A stretch of 64,000 bases of DNA from Paecilomyces variotii. Lineage: Eukaryota. The stretch's first letter is position 1. Each line of letters begins with the position of its first letter. Under the pieces are notes generated by a model that was not told where the DNA came from, searched no databases, and saw nothing but the letters and a program-made list of their open reading frames with translations. Of the stretch, positions 35,127 to 47,396 are shown piece after piece. Made by a program: the position numbers and the translations under genes. The stretch lies in assembly GCA_004022145.1 (NCBI GenBank), contig RCNU01000002.1. One strand, given 5' to 3'.

Positions 35127-37722
35127 GGCGAGCTAACCTTCGAGGGCCTTTTAGCGCTCAGGTTCAAAACTCAGCATCATCGTCTCCGCAACCAGTGACG
35201 ACAGAAAATGAGGAAAATAAAGAGAAAAGACTGGTGAGTCTGGTGTATTATCTCTAGCTAACGGTAAACCGCCCGCAATGCAGTGAGGGCCGGATGAATA
35301 CTGCCGGAGCAGCTCAAAGCGTTGAAGTCTGCGCGGCGTTCGAAGTCAATCAACTGAACAATTAGCTCGCAGGGGGCAGCCTAATTAAAGGTATTGCCCA
35401 TCTTTTAGCTATGTTTTTGGGTGGGGATAGACAGGTCTCAAAGCATCGCACGCGAGGAACATCGAACGTGGAGCATCTGATGATCGAATTTGCCATGGCC
35501 AAAAGAACAACTTAATAACCATCCGTTTGGAGGGTCGCATACAGCTCCGACGAACCAGTGGGTGGATGGCCGCAGTCGACGTACGTCGCTTCTGGATCCT
35601 TCGGGGCTAGAAACCCCCTAGAGACCTCGCTTCGAGCTCTTCGGGAACCTAGTCTTTGGTATCGGCCTCGCTAAGGGCATCGCTACCTCATCAGAACCGC
35701 TCGCTTCGAGGTTGTTAACCTCAAAAAGGCTTCGCTGATCAGAATGTACCCGACATATTGGTCATATTCAAGTCGCTTATCTGTACACGAGGCGGGGCGA
35801 GATCCATACAATGTGTGTTACTGAAGCCTTGTCGGTAAGGCGACCTTAACTTTAACCCGATAAGGATGTTGTAGATGAACTCCGGGGCTCCATAATCGAC
35901 CCTGCTGACGACTCCTCAGGCTTCCATCTCCATCTCAAGTGAAACGTAGATTAACATCGATTCTTGTCTGTTATCATTATTATCGATTCTTCGTCGACCT
36001 CGGCCCAATATCATTGGGTTTCTCGCGAGAGTCTGCGACTGTGAGGTGATACTCAATGAGCATGCAGTATGGCCGTCCGCCTGCACATGGCAATCTCGCC
36101 AATAAACCTGCCTGCTGAGTGCTGACCACATTCAATAATGTGCCACATGTGATGACATGAACGGATGATCCCACGTGCAGTTGCGACGTAGTTATAGTTA
36201 CGCAATGAGGTGACAAAGACTGCAGACACGTTGTTCCGTCAAAGATCCCTCATAAGGGTGCTACTGATGGCCCAAGTTAGCGTTCAATTCGGTACATCAT
36301 ACACCGGCGTTTCAAACGTTAGATATGCATAAGTAGAGTCAACATCGAGTCTCGACCAATTTCTTAGCGATCCTGTAACCTTAAGACGCTGCTACCGAGG
36401 GCAGACTCATCAGGTAGAAACGACGGGAAACAGGGGAAATAGGGAACCACTCTGTCCACAAAAGAAATGGTGAATTTTCTCGCACATAAGATCTCAGCTT
36501 AGAAGATGCATGGCTTCCTAAACTCGGTTAGCTTCTACTGTACGTCACTGCAGGGATATTGATTCTGTCTAACAGCCATTCTCAGGGAGGGCTGGTCCAT
36601 GGGGAAATAAGAATTTGAGGTAGAGAGTATGTACTGACCTGAACTGTCTGAGTATGGCAGATTTAGGCGCTAGATTCTGTACTTATATCGTCTGTTTAGT
36701 TCGTGTCTGAACTATCGCCCTGATCCAACTCAATCTGACCCTGTGGCTAAGTATTGTTTCATCCAAGAATACAGGGGTTTTGTCGCGATCACTTGCAGCA
36801 AGCTTGAAGCAAGCCCACTTCTTTAACCGACTGACTGCTGCTTTCTCATTTACTGAGATCACAGCGTCATCTCAAGACCAAGTCACGACGATAAGAGCCA
36901 AGAAGGTTCCCAAAAGTAGGCTGCATGTTATGTGCAGGTCGCGAGGTTGAAGTCACTTTTTCAGGTGGGGAGCATTCCTGTCCGACTTTTGGTCTGTGTC
37001 ATCATGCCTTTGTCGCTTGGAGCTCCCAAAAGGATCCATATAAGGTCTGCAGAAGTGCAATTTAGACTGTGAGGGGTTCAGTGACAAAGTAAGAGTAGTT
37101 ATAACAGTATTGATACAGGTGTGATGGATAGTTTACAACTCATGAGGTGTCTCAATTATCTAGAACCGCGCAATTGCCAACTCCATCCCTCCCACCGCCT
37201 CCATGATCCATACTTATCCAAGCATGTTTAACCAACCGAACCAAACACCTCCAATAATTCCACACGTAGATACCCTCATATACACAAATATGTCACTTGG
37301 AGAGTGTTTACTTGACATTGAGACAACGGAAAAGTAAGGAAAACTGTAGAGTACAAAACAAATAAATAAATGGCAGTCAAATGGAAACATATAGACACAA
37401 TCGAAGGAAAGACGTAGACATCGTTAAATTGCAAAGGCGAAAGACTTTTTCAATCAACCCCAAAAGATACCCATAGACGCCCACAGTTTCCTAGCGAAGA
37501 CCTTGTACCTCGACCCTCGTAACGGAAAATAAAACTCATGCCCCAGCTCCGGTCGCCTCGTTAATTCAGCGTCAGCCGACAAAGATCAGAATCCCCTGCC
37601 ACTGGGAGTATCCTAATGGAACTCGAAGCTGGCAATCAAACCAAAAGGAATTATTGCACATTGATGAATATGAAAGGCGTTGCTGGGACTGTTAGACCCA
37701 ACGGAGAAGGCGCACATCTTGT

Positions 37723-39696
37723 TCATGTAATCAAGAAGTCCATGTGCATGTTGTTGATGATCTTTTCCCAGTCCCAACTGTCTTCAGTATTCGTGTCCAT
37801 GACCTCCCAGACTTTCTGCACGACAGTCAAAGCCGGTTCGATGTTGCGCAAATTGGAATATGCTCTCAAGGTATCGAATCCAGCCCTCACTCTCTCACGC
37901 TGCCTTTCCAAGAAAGAAGAGCAACCGAGAAGGAATAATGGCATCAGCATGATGCTGTAAGCCCCCGCGTCCTGAGGCAGCTGGTCCAGAAAAGCTAGAC
38001 CATCATCGACAACTTGGCTGATCTTGTCGCTAGGACGTGAGGGACGGATAGTACGGTAAAGGTAAACCCAGGTCGACTGACGGTATAACTGAGCTGCGTA
38101 CCAGTTGGACGTCTCAGGGGGATATGAAGGTTCCCAGACACGGAGCGCAGAGTCAATGCGAACAGCTTCACTTAGCGTCTCGTAGTCTATAGCGGGCTCA
38201 TATCCTTCGTTGTGTCTCTGCCGGATCCTGTCTCGTAGCTTCGTGATTTCGGATATAAGACTAAAAAGGCCATCGAAAATGCCTAGGAACACGCCTGCCT
38301 GCGGTTGAGGGACAAAGTCGGGAAGACGGAGATCACCGATGGCATGGACGGGACGTCGATCCAAGCAGGTCAAGGAGTTCGAGATCTCGTGATACTGGAA
38401 GAATTCGATGATGAATTGGCGGAACTTCTCGTTTCTGGGCCGCTGAGTGACCAGCAAGTAGCGTGCGGCATCCATATGAGACCTGTATTCCCCGTTGGTT
38501 TCTCCCTCACAGATCGTGTTCAGACAAAGCGCAAGAGTGGAGGCGATGATAGGATCCTCAATCAGGAGTTCGGGCTCCTTCACATTCGCGGACGTTGTGT
38601 TGATATTTTCTCGCAAGTCTGTAATGGCGCGATCGAAGTGGTAATGTTTGCGCTCCTTGAATCTGGGTTCAGGATCCAGAGCTGACAGATGCGACCCGGA
38701 CAGGCACATCAGAGAGTGCATGAGGCCTCTGTGTTGCGTTGCCATGGGAAGCAATATCTCTTTGAACGGGTTCGAATCATCATTGATCAACGTCAAGACT
38801 CGACTGAAGTCATAAACGAAATGGTCCAGAAATCTGCGATCAACGTCCGTCTCGATGCCGTCAATCAGAAAAGGCAGGCCGCGAGGAACTGCAGTCAGGG
38901 AGTTTCTTCGAACAGCTTGGAGTAGATTAGTGACCCATCCCGGGTAGGCGTCGTTGTCGAGGGTACTCATACCATCTTCGATCTTCTGTTTGCCACTCTT
39001 CCATATCTCCTTGGGAGGATAGCCCTCGCAGACCACGGCATTTTTCTGGCAGTTAAAGCACGCAGGCTTCGTCTCATCGCACTTCTTCTTCCTGCGTCGA
39101 CACGTTATGCAACCCGTCTTCGACCTGCCCTTTGCGATCTTGGCCTGTCCTCCTGGCACTGGCAATGGGTGTTTGCGCGGTCTCCCTCGTTTCCGTGGAA
39201 CGTTGACGGGCGCGCCCGCGCTGCTAGACGGCTCCGCCTGGTCCACCGGTTCGGATGGCTTGATCGCATCCAGACTTTCAGCACCGTCATCGAGCTCTTC
39301 CACCTTTGGTATCACATCTTGCATCGGTAAATCGGTATCTCTGGCTGAAATCACCGCGAATCGAAGCGCCGCAGAGGATCTCGGAGACTGAGCGGGCTCC
39401 GACCGGCGTCGCGCTGCTGCTGCGAGTTTGTGAGGCGCAGAGTCCGTAGCAGGACCATAGCCTGGCTGCGATTCCGCCCGCGGACTGCCCAGATCATCTG
39501 AATTGTAGTCAGTCCCGACGCTGGCGCCGTGGGACTGACTGTCGTCGGTCGAGGAGGGCGTCTCAGGCATGGCAGCGGGGCCGCTTAGAGTCAAGGAGGA
39601 GAATGTGGAGTCGCTTCGCTCGAACTCGTCGGGGAAGAGAAGAGAGCCATGGCTTTCAATATGTGGAGGGAGCACGAAACTCGAACTGTGCTGCAT
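37723..39696 (-). CDS. Zn(II)2Cys6 transcription factor with AT-hook and Fungal_trans_2-type domain (possibly the OefC/VAD-5 group)
   Basis: RKRGRPRK AT-hook, then RSKTGCITCRRRKKKCDETKPACFNCQKNAVVCEGY, and C-terminal NPFKEILLPMA...PLFLLGC. A likely 57-nt in-frame intron at 38916-38972 (GTATGA...CTAAT...CAAG). The start codon is uncertain. Confidence 0.9.
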   Translation of the reverse strand: MQHSSSFVLPPHIESHGSLLFPDEFERSDSTFSSLTLSGPAAMPETPSSTDDSQSHGASVGTDYNSDDLGSPRAESQPGYGPATDSAPHKLAAAARRRSEPAQSPRSSAALRFAVISARDTDLPMQDVIPKVEELDDGAESLDAIKPSEPVDQAEPSSSAGAPVNVPRKRGRPRKHPLPVPGGQAKIAKGRSKTGCITCRRRKKKCDETKPACFNCQKNAVVCEGYPPKEIWKSGKQKIEDGMSTLDNDAYPGWVTNLLQAVRRNSLTAVPRGLPFLIDGIETDVDRRFLDHFVYDFSRVLTLINDDSNPFKEILLPMATQHRGLMHSLMCLSGSHLSALDPEPRFKERKHYHFDRAITDLRENINTTSANVKEPELLIEDPIIASTLALCLNTICEGETNGEYRSHMDAARYLLVTQRPRNEKFRQFIIEFFQYHEISNSLTCLDRRPVHAIGDLRLPDFVPQPQAGVFLGIFDGLFSLISEITKLRDRIRQRHNEGYEPAIDYETLSEAVRIDSALRVWEPSYPPETSNWYAAQLYRQSTWVYLYRTIRPSRPSDKISQVVDDGLAFLDQLPQDAGAYSIMLMPLFLLGCSSFLERQRERVRAGFDTLRAYSNLRNIEPALTVVQKVWEVMDTNTEDSWDWEKIINNMHMDFLIT

Positions 39697-41992
39697 TGAC
39701 GAAAAGCTGAATCCCCAGCGTCCGGGAGCACCACGGACACCGTGGGAGAAGTGGTAAGGAGCTGGTTAAATGAGGGAGTCCCTGTTCGCGCCCTGGAGTC
39801 TTTTGGGGCGGGGGGGCAGACTGAACTCTAGGCAATAGTGCGTCAGCTGGAGATCGAGTCGGCCACCTCAGGCCACTTTCTCATGCGCCGGTCTAAGAGG
39901 AATGCAATGCTAATAATGGATTCTCTCTCGATGGAGTGATTGACAGCTCTATTGCTCCGGGGCTAATTGAGCATGCGGGGAATCCCAGTTGGACACAGGA
40001 TGATCTGGGAGGTAGACGGAGAACAGAGCGCTCAGCCAGTCCGGCACTCACTCACTCAGTCAGTCCGTCAGTCAAGAGTCAAGACCCAAGGAGCAATGCA
40101 ACGAGGGCAACTAGTGAACAAGGTGAGTAACTAGTCCTGGGTCCAGCTAGCTGGGATATCAGTTCTGGAGATGGCTTCTGGGCGGATCGAAGGCTGCGTC
40201 CGCCGTCAAGAGTCCAGAGAAGTGGACGCACACCCTTAGGTCTTAGGATCAGTATTGATGATGATATTGATAGCAGATGGGGTGTCTATCCCTTGACCAT
40301 AGTATGGGGTTCCCTGTCCGAGGCAAAACGGGAGACGATCAGACGTGCGAGCTATATTGGCTTGGGGAGTGGCACCAGGGACAGAACGGACAGGTGGTAA
40401 CTAGCAGAGGATATCGCTATATCTACCGTTGACGGGAACGAGGGTTGCCTGGGTCATCAGGTATTTATCCCAACTGCCCTTTCTTCTGCCGGAGGTATTG
40501 GTAAGTTAACTATGTTCTGCGGCGTCTCTCTAGGGACTACTGAAATCGGGCGGGCCGGCCTCTTCCACCCTTCAACAGGCTGCCTCTCGAAGACCATACA
40601 GCTGCTAAAGGTTCTGCTCGAAAGTCATAATACTCGCCTTCGTATTGGACCATGCCCCGCTCCTTTTGCCTTCGTTCACACGATGCTAGTCCGCTGGATC
40701 TGTGTACGATGAGGCGGAGGTCTCTAGTCGACGAACTTTCGAACTTAGATTCTACCAGTGATCTTTGCGATTTCAATAATAATTCTCTGGCCTGCCCGGC
40801 TCTCCAGCTTCCGTCCCCACTCAACTGCATGTTAATCTTCATGGTGAACATTTTACGCAGCAGTTGATACACGGCGTTCATGCTCCCATCTCGGTCCCTT
40901 CCGGTGGGCCTCCCGCCAGGATTGTCCATGCGCTGTCCATATCCATGATACTGATGACCTGGGGAAGTGGACCAGGGTCTCTTCCCGGCACGGACATTCG
41001 CTGCCATAGTCGCGGCTGGAAGAAGAAGCTATGACCGATTTTACCCTCAATCAACCGTCTTTGCCTGCCAGGATCGTTCCTCGTCTGAAGCGATAATAGG
41101 TTATAACCATCAATGGCTGGCAGTCTCTTTCGATGGCCTTGCCTGCCACGACTGGTCGCTATTGGGCAGATTTATGTGACAGACACAATAACGGAGGCCG
41201 GTTGTGCGGTTCAGGACGCGCCCACCCTTGTCGCACGACTCCACAAGACTTGTAAGCGTCATTAGTCCATCGAGATCTGCCGCGCACAACTGAGGAAGGG
41301 AAATTAAGCCGTGAAGCATCAATGCGTAAACTTCCCCGGCGTGCTCCAGACCACCGCGGCTATACCGAAGATATGTACTGTACTCCTACCCGAGGGCCAC
41401 GGATTGCATGTATTCTGTTGGATTCCATACAGGCTGGCAGCTACGGAAGTTGGACCGCGTCTGTATATCGATCAGCTACGTGGAACCTCTTAACCCTTAG
41501 GTGAATGACTGTTTTTCGCGAACCGAACCTGCGGGGTGCTCTAGTCTCTCTGACGCCGCGGCTTCGGATCATCCATACTGCTACCTGGCTGATGCTGAGT
41601 CTCGAGGGGACTCGAGTATTATGTGGAGACTGATCTGCCTTGCTATGTTCAATCGTCCCAGCAGGGGCACAGGATCTCGGTTGATCCCTGGTACATTTTG
41701 TTTGTTGGCCAGACAAGATAATCCGATGTCCGCATACTACATAGATACCCCGGACTCGAAAAATATCGAACGCCAGCCACAGGAAGATCCTGGATTCGAA
41801 GCAACTTAGCCGAACTGCTTCAGCCCGGGAGGACGGTAATAAGTGGCACGGTATTATTATGGCCCTCTGCTTGTGGGAAACTTATCTGGACGACTAAAAT
41901 ACGGTGGTCCTACCGTTCTATCTAGTCTGCGAGGCATGCATCGAATAAGCTTGGGCAATAACCGAAAAGGTCTGGAGGCCAAACCGCTAGAC

Positions 41993-42417
41993 TACGGAGA
42001 AGTGCATCAGAATTGACTGCCAACGCTAGTAATCATGCTAGTATGCAAATTACACCCCTATCCCCGAGGAAACACCAGATTATTAGGCCTCGCCCTCTTT
42101 AAATAAGGATATTGCTTCTGTTATTGAATAAATATATAACTTATCGCTCCGGAATATCTTTGTACTTATAATCATCTTAATATAATATATCATTAAGCCG
42201 AAAAAGAAAAAGAAATATGGGAAGAATGTGGTAAATTAAGGCAGCTATTTTGGTGTACAAAAGCTTTTACAAATTTAGTCCTTTATCCCTAAGTAGTTTA
42301 GATAGACAAAATAATTTCCTAAAACATCTCTAGAATTAAAATATGTAATTAGTAATACAATAGTATTTATCCTGTTATTACTAGCGTTGGCAATCAATTC
42401 TGATGCACTTCTCCGTA
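41993..42417. mobile_element. Non-autonomous Tc1/mariner-type element (MITE), 421 bp plus TA target-site duplication
   Basis: 39-bp TIRs CGGAGAAGTGCATCAGAATTGA(C/T)TGCCAACGCTAGTAAT at 41995-42033 and 42377-42415 (38/39 match). Flanked by TA at 41993-94 and 42416-17. AT-rich interior with no transposase ORF. Confidence 0.88.
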
Positions 42418-44689
42418 GTCTGGTGGTGCCTCTCAAGTGCCGACCGATCCTAGCCGGCCGAGTGTGAAACAACAGTGCTAATCATTATTATTAATTAATC
42501 TCAGGGACAGGAGCGCCGGAATCGACTGCGTATTAAGTTATTGCAACCTGGGCTCAGCAGCCTCTGGGATTCTTTCTATTCGCTCTTTTTCAAACATCTG
42601 CAAGTCGCATCCTTTCTATATTCCAGAACCGACGTGGAGACCCAACCGTTCCTCCAGCACGACCCCCACGCCGCCAACATTGGCACTTATTTCTATACCT
42701 GCAGTCAGCCGCAAAGGCTCCAGGGGTTATTCTGGGCATTACTATCTCCTTAGCCGGCAACAGGGGGCTCAGCAATCGTTATAATAGGCGAATGGCCATG
42801 AATGGAAAGGAACGAACTGCCCCCAGTGCAGGGGGCGCCTGGTTGAGAAGCCTTGCAAATTGGGTAAGATTCACACCCTCACGGCTCCAAGAGAATGCCC
42901 AGATACACCGTATCGGAATAGCACACCAGTTGGGATTATATTCTACTCTACAACATATCTTCCCGTCAATTTGATCTTTCAACTTGACGGGATAGTTCCC
43001 AACCTGGCGATTTGATGCGAACCCCTCAAAATTCTTTTCTTTTGTAGTTAAGATACCCCACCGTCGAAAATTATCCGCCCGGGAGCGGCACGCCCGTGGT
43101 ACCCCCAGGCGGCCCTTCCCGCGTTTCTCCCAGCCAGCCGTCCGCAAGAAGTCACTGCGCTGAACTAAATCTACTAACTAACGTTATGCAACAAGATTTC
43201 TCTCTATCTATCGGATACCAATGCTGTTTGCCTGAAGTCACTCCCTCGCGCAGACAGTTAGGTGGATTTACCTGCTGCATTGCCCGCTGCTACCCTAAAA
43301 AGGGGGCGTTTCTTTAGTTTCTGTTCCGTACTCGAACCGGCTCAAACCTGATTCCAATACTTAATACAGTAGCAAGATCGCCATTATTATTGGAGTCTCT
43401 TGACGCAAGATGCTGCTGGTCGCCACCTCCTAAGCGGTCGCTATCTTTGAACCTCGTTATGTGCCGTCTTCCCCCCCCGGATTACATGCCTGGCCAAGAT
43501 TCCAGAAGTTGTCCATGGCCTATCAGCCCAGCAATCCTTGCTGCGAAAAAGATCATGTGGTTCCCATACGAGGCGGTCCTGTCACATCCTGTTGAAAGCG
43601 GATTGTCAACAACGCCGCAGTGATAGATACGTGCAGGCGACAGACCGCTCCTCATCCTCAGATTTGGCCCGTGGATGAGATGATTCCCTAAGAGTCCTAG
43701 TTACATTTCATCCACGAGGCGGCGCTAGGGAGTGTCTTACACGACCGTATCTGGGCGCGTCATCGACAGTGGGTAATCAACGTCTTGATAGAGAACGGAG
43801 CTCTGAAAGTCCGGAGTCCGTTCGTGTTCAAGTACACTAGTTGAAGGCGATCAGTCTTTTGTGAAATCACAGCCACTCGTGTCCTCAAACAGAGCAACTC
43901 CTCGCTTGGGAATCTTTTAATGTGGTCCTATGGCACATTTGCGGCGCATATTAGACTTTGAAAGCCTCCGATGCTGTGGAGATTGTCGCCCTCTTAACCA
44001 TCGCGTTTTCTTACTCCCCGCTCTCCGCGAGATCATCTGGACAACGCCTGAAGTTTATTGGCACGCAGAGCTGAAGCTGACGGTGGTAGATAACCTAGTA
44101 TACAGCCATTACTTCATCTTGCAGTATTCTTGGATCTTGTTTGTTGTTCTCCTTTATTATACTGACGATCTTGCTGACGCGTTGTGAATCATACGACTTA
44201 GCGCGCCCAACCACAGATACTAATGCCGTTTAACTAACTATCACCATCGTATTCGAGCGCTCTCAGTACGATTATCGCAGGCTCCAGCATTCTATGATAG
44301 GATATTCTTGTTCTCTGATGGATATTTTCAGAAATAGGCATTTGAGCTTGTAGGACTAACAATATTATCAGTACGTCTTACCCCACATTTTCGCAAAAGA
44401 AATTTTCCGAATACATACATAAGTACATTATATGTAACACAGTGTAGCACAGATTTGCCCTGGAAAAAGAAAAGAAATATCCTGTATAAGCGCGAAATTC
44501 CCCGCATCTCCGCCATATGCTTTGTGTATCGTGCAGATGCGCTAGAAGATCTCAATGTCTACGACAGGGGAAGAATTTGAGTGGAGACCAATAGGTATAT
44601 AGCACGTGCTAATATCCGTGACTTCCCTTTTCGGAAACCATGATGCCAATAGCGATAAGTATCTGTATGACTTCTACACAATGGTGTAA

Positions 44690-45583
44690 TTACATTTCTT
44701 TCAACGAAGCACAGTCACTGAGGAACCCCCAGCAATGTTCGCTGTTCCATTCCCATGCATCTTGAGAGAATTGCGGCGAACTTGTCGCCGACGCATCCTT
44801 AAGGAAGATACAATCATACCCCTTGCTGAATGCATCCATTAATGTTCCACCAACACACTGATCTGTATTGACACCAGCAAATAGCAATGTCGTGATGCCT
44901 TCTTTCTCCAGATAAACTTCGAGATCTGTTCCAGATCCCCACAGTGCAGACATGCGATTCTTATGTATCCAAACATCAGGCGTGGATGACCGTCTCGCAC
45001 CTTCGAGATAGGCTCTATCCAGAGGGGTATACAGAGCAGTATTCCACGCATCGCGCATTAGCACACGACCAGCTTCGACGGTGGTACCATCAGGTAATTG
45101 GATTGGGCCCAAGTCCGCTCCGAGACCCTTGTATACATTCGGATTCTTTCTCTTCTTGCTATTGTCTGGAACAGCTTCGAAAACTCCAAACGCTCTCGTC
45201 ACACCTGGTGGCATAGTATTCACTTCATCCTCAGTGAGGCCCCAATTCACCCACAGAACGCGAATGCCTTTCTCTCTCGCTGCGGGGATACCTATGTCCA
45301 TAAGCGCCTTCGCAGCAGCGAGGCCTGTGCTCTCGGTGGGTCGACCCAGTGCAGGTGAGAGGAAGAAGTTCTGCATGTCGATGATGACGAGAGCGGACTT
45401 TTCAGGTGCCAAACGCAGAGTATTCGTGGTCGTTTTCAGAGTGGTTGCATTGGAAGAATGGCCCCGAGTGAGGTCAATAATTCCTGTGGCAGGTTCATAG
45501 AACCAGTGGTTTATTGGATCGGTGCCGATTTGAGTCGGTTTGCTGGTACTATCCAAGTCGACTTCTGAACCGTTTGTCGCCAT
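44690..45583 (-). CDS. Isochorismatase-family cysteine hydrolase, 297 aa
   Basis: Catalytic triad motifs ALVIIDMQNFF (Asp), WIHKNRMSAL (Lys) and AGVNTDQCV (Cys), plus DAFSKGYD. Intronless. Confidence 0.9.
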   Translation of the reverse strand: MATNGSEVDLDSTSKPTQIGTDPINHWFYEPATGIIDLTRGHSSNATTLKTTTNTLRLAPEKSALVIIDMQNFFLSPALGRPTESTGLAAAKALMDIGIPAAREKGIRVLWVNWGLTEDEVNTMPPGVTRAFGVFEAVPDNSKKRKNPNVYKGLGADLGPIQLPDGTTVEAGRVLMRDAWNTALYTPLDRAYLEGARRSSTPDVWIHKNRMSALWGSGTDLEVYLEKEGITTLLFAGVNTDQCVGGTLMDAFSKGYDCIFLKDASATSSPQFSQDAWEWNSEHCWGFLSDCASLKEM

Positions 45584-45795
45584 TGCTGCCCACGTTTGTT
45601 TTTTTGGGACTTGACTCAGAATTTAATGCACTTTCGACGTTTCAGAAGAATTGAACTGATCGATTGATCAATTGACAGCATCCAGCTCTAGACTAGACAC
45701 CTCCCGTCGTGAAGCGTGCTGGTATCCGGGCGCTGCTTATAATCAGACCCCGCAGCGATATAGCTGCTGCGATAGAGCAATAATGCATGGTGGGG

Positions 45796-45959
45796 TTATC
45801 AAGCTTATCTCCCCCGCGGAAATATATGCGGCGAAACTCGCATGCAACTAATGTATATTTATTAATTATCTTACTTTCCTTATCTGGTTCTTCTTGTTCC
45901 TCAGCTGCCTCATATGGTAGGTGATCATCGTTATCGGCCTTATCAGGTCTGGCTTATCG
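45796..45959 (-). promoter_or_regulatory. Cluster of seven HGATAA (GATA-factor/AreA-type) sites upstream of the isochorismatase gene
   Basis: TTATC on the + strand at 45796, 45805, 45866, 45880, 45931, 45940 and 45954. All read HGATAA on the gene's strand, about 210-375 bp upstream of the ATG. Confidence 0.65.
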
Positions 45960-46442
45960 CATTCAACCCGCAATTTTCGTTCAGTTTGGTGTAGTATGGG
46001 GCTTAAGCAGTATAACTCGGCCAAAGCTATCATTATGAATTGAAGTCCTGTTTCGGTTCTATTGGAGTTGTGCAGAGTCCAACTGCTGCTAACATCCAGG
46101 ACTAAGATGTAGAATTAGAATCGATTCTAGGCTACATGTCGTAAGATGAACACATAATCTCAGCAATAAAGGTCCGAATGTTAGGAATGATAATAGCTTT
46201 AATTATCTAAATCTCCAGCGAAATGTCCGTAACTATTATAGGTATAATACATCTCATAGCTGTTCTTATACTAATAGCTAGTTACCTCGGCTAGAGTTAG
46301 AATAGGGTATAAATACAAGAATGCCGGTCATCTTTGTTTCAATTCGATAAAAAATCAACCTCTTGCCTTATATAAAATGTAAATATCTTTTCTTTTCACT
46401 GAGAGATGACATTCTCCTTGCTGGACATTGCAATATCACCTC

Positions 46443-47220
46443 TCAAGAGATTTTGTTCTGTTGCAAGCACGGCCACAGTCGGAGTTCGTCTTCATTCTCA
46501 ACGACATCCTCATGTTCGTTTTCAACGGCGTCACGCTCGTTCTCAACTAGGTCCCCAATGGTTCCTCTCGCGGTCTGCGTCTCGCGATCATGATGGGCCG
46601 CTAAGTATGGACCCTCTCTGATGCCAGACTGGATGTCAGATATCATGCGATCGACTCCGTCTTTGATTGTTTCCCTCGGCGAGAGGGTTGTCAGGCTTTC
46701 TCTCCACAGAGCATTTCGCTTAAGAAACCGTTCTAATGCGGGAGACGTCATTTCAAGTAAGCTATGAATAAGGGCCTTGTTATTAGTGACGCTCACGGTA
46801 TCGGAGTGAAGAAGTGATCATTCTCATGATTTTTCAAAGACGGACTGATGGCGATAAGTGGGCTGATTATTCATTTCCTGGGTATGTTTATACGGTAGGA
46901 CAGGTGTTCTATAAGAAGAGTCTCAGCCGTAAGGGTTACAGGCTTTTCCTTTCTCTCCGGGTCTTTCATGGCAACATGTTTTTGCTCAATCCCGACGCAG
47001 GCTTGCAGGATTATATCGAGCTTCCAACGAACTGTAGCCTCGCTCGTGGGGTCATGCCCCAAAGCCTCCTCTATATCTTCGATTCGAGATACCGGGGCAA
47101 AGAGTTAAAAACAGGAAAGAAAGCGTTCGTGGTATTTGGGAGGGACCCGGACTTACAAACGACTTCTGGCACTTCTATAACATCTCCCTTCTCCAGTTGC
47201 CAGATTTGCTCCTATTATTT
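46443..47220 (-). pseudogene. Degenerate coding relics downstream of the HNH gene
   Basis: Short protein-like fragments (IEDIEEALGHDPTSEATVRWKLDIILQACV...; MTSPALERFLKRNALW... with VENE repeats). I could not assemble them into an intact spliced gene. Confidence 0.3.
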
Positions 47221-47396
47221 ATCAATTTTCAGACTGAATATATCTCACACTTCGGAAAATCTCGAACTGCTAGCCGCCAATAGCGGTTGTTAGTCCGTCT
47301 TGCCTAGGAAATCATCTGCCTCCTTATGTGCATCTGGCTTCATGTCCTTTAGTGAGCGAAGTAGTGCTTTACAGCAAGCGACCCTTTGACAGAAGC

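Noticed and set aside
35650..35700. Possible hammerhead ribozyme on the minus strand (CTGATGA followed by a GGTA...TACC stem)
   Set aside because: The stem is followed by AAAG rather than the required GAAA, and stems I and III cannot be formed.
44613..44623. TATCCGTGACT matching the terminus of the large MITE
   Set aside because: The match is only 11 bp with no further similarity or partner end; compatible with chance.
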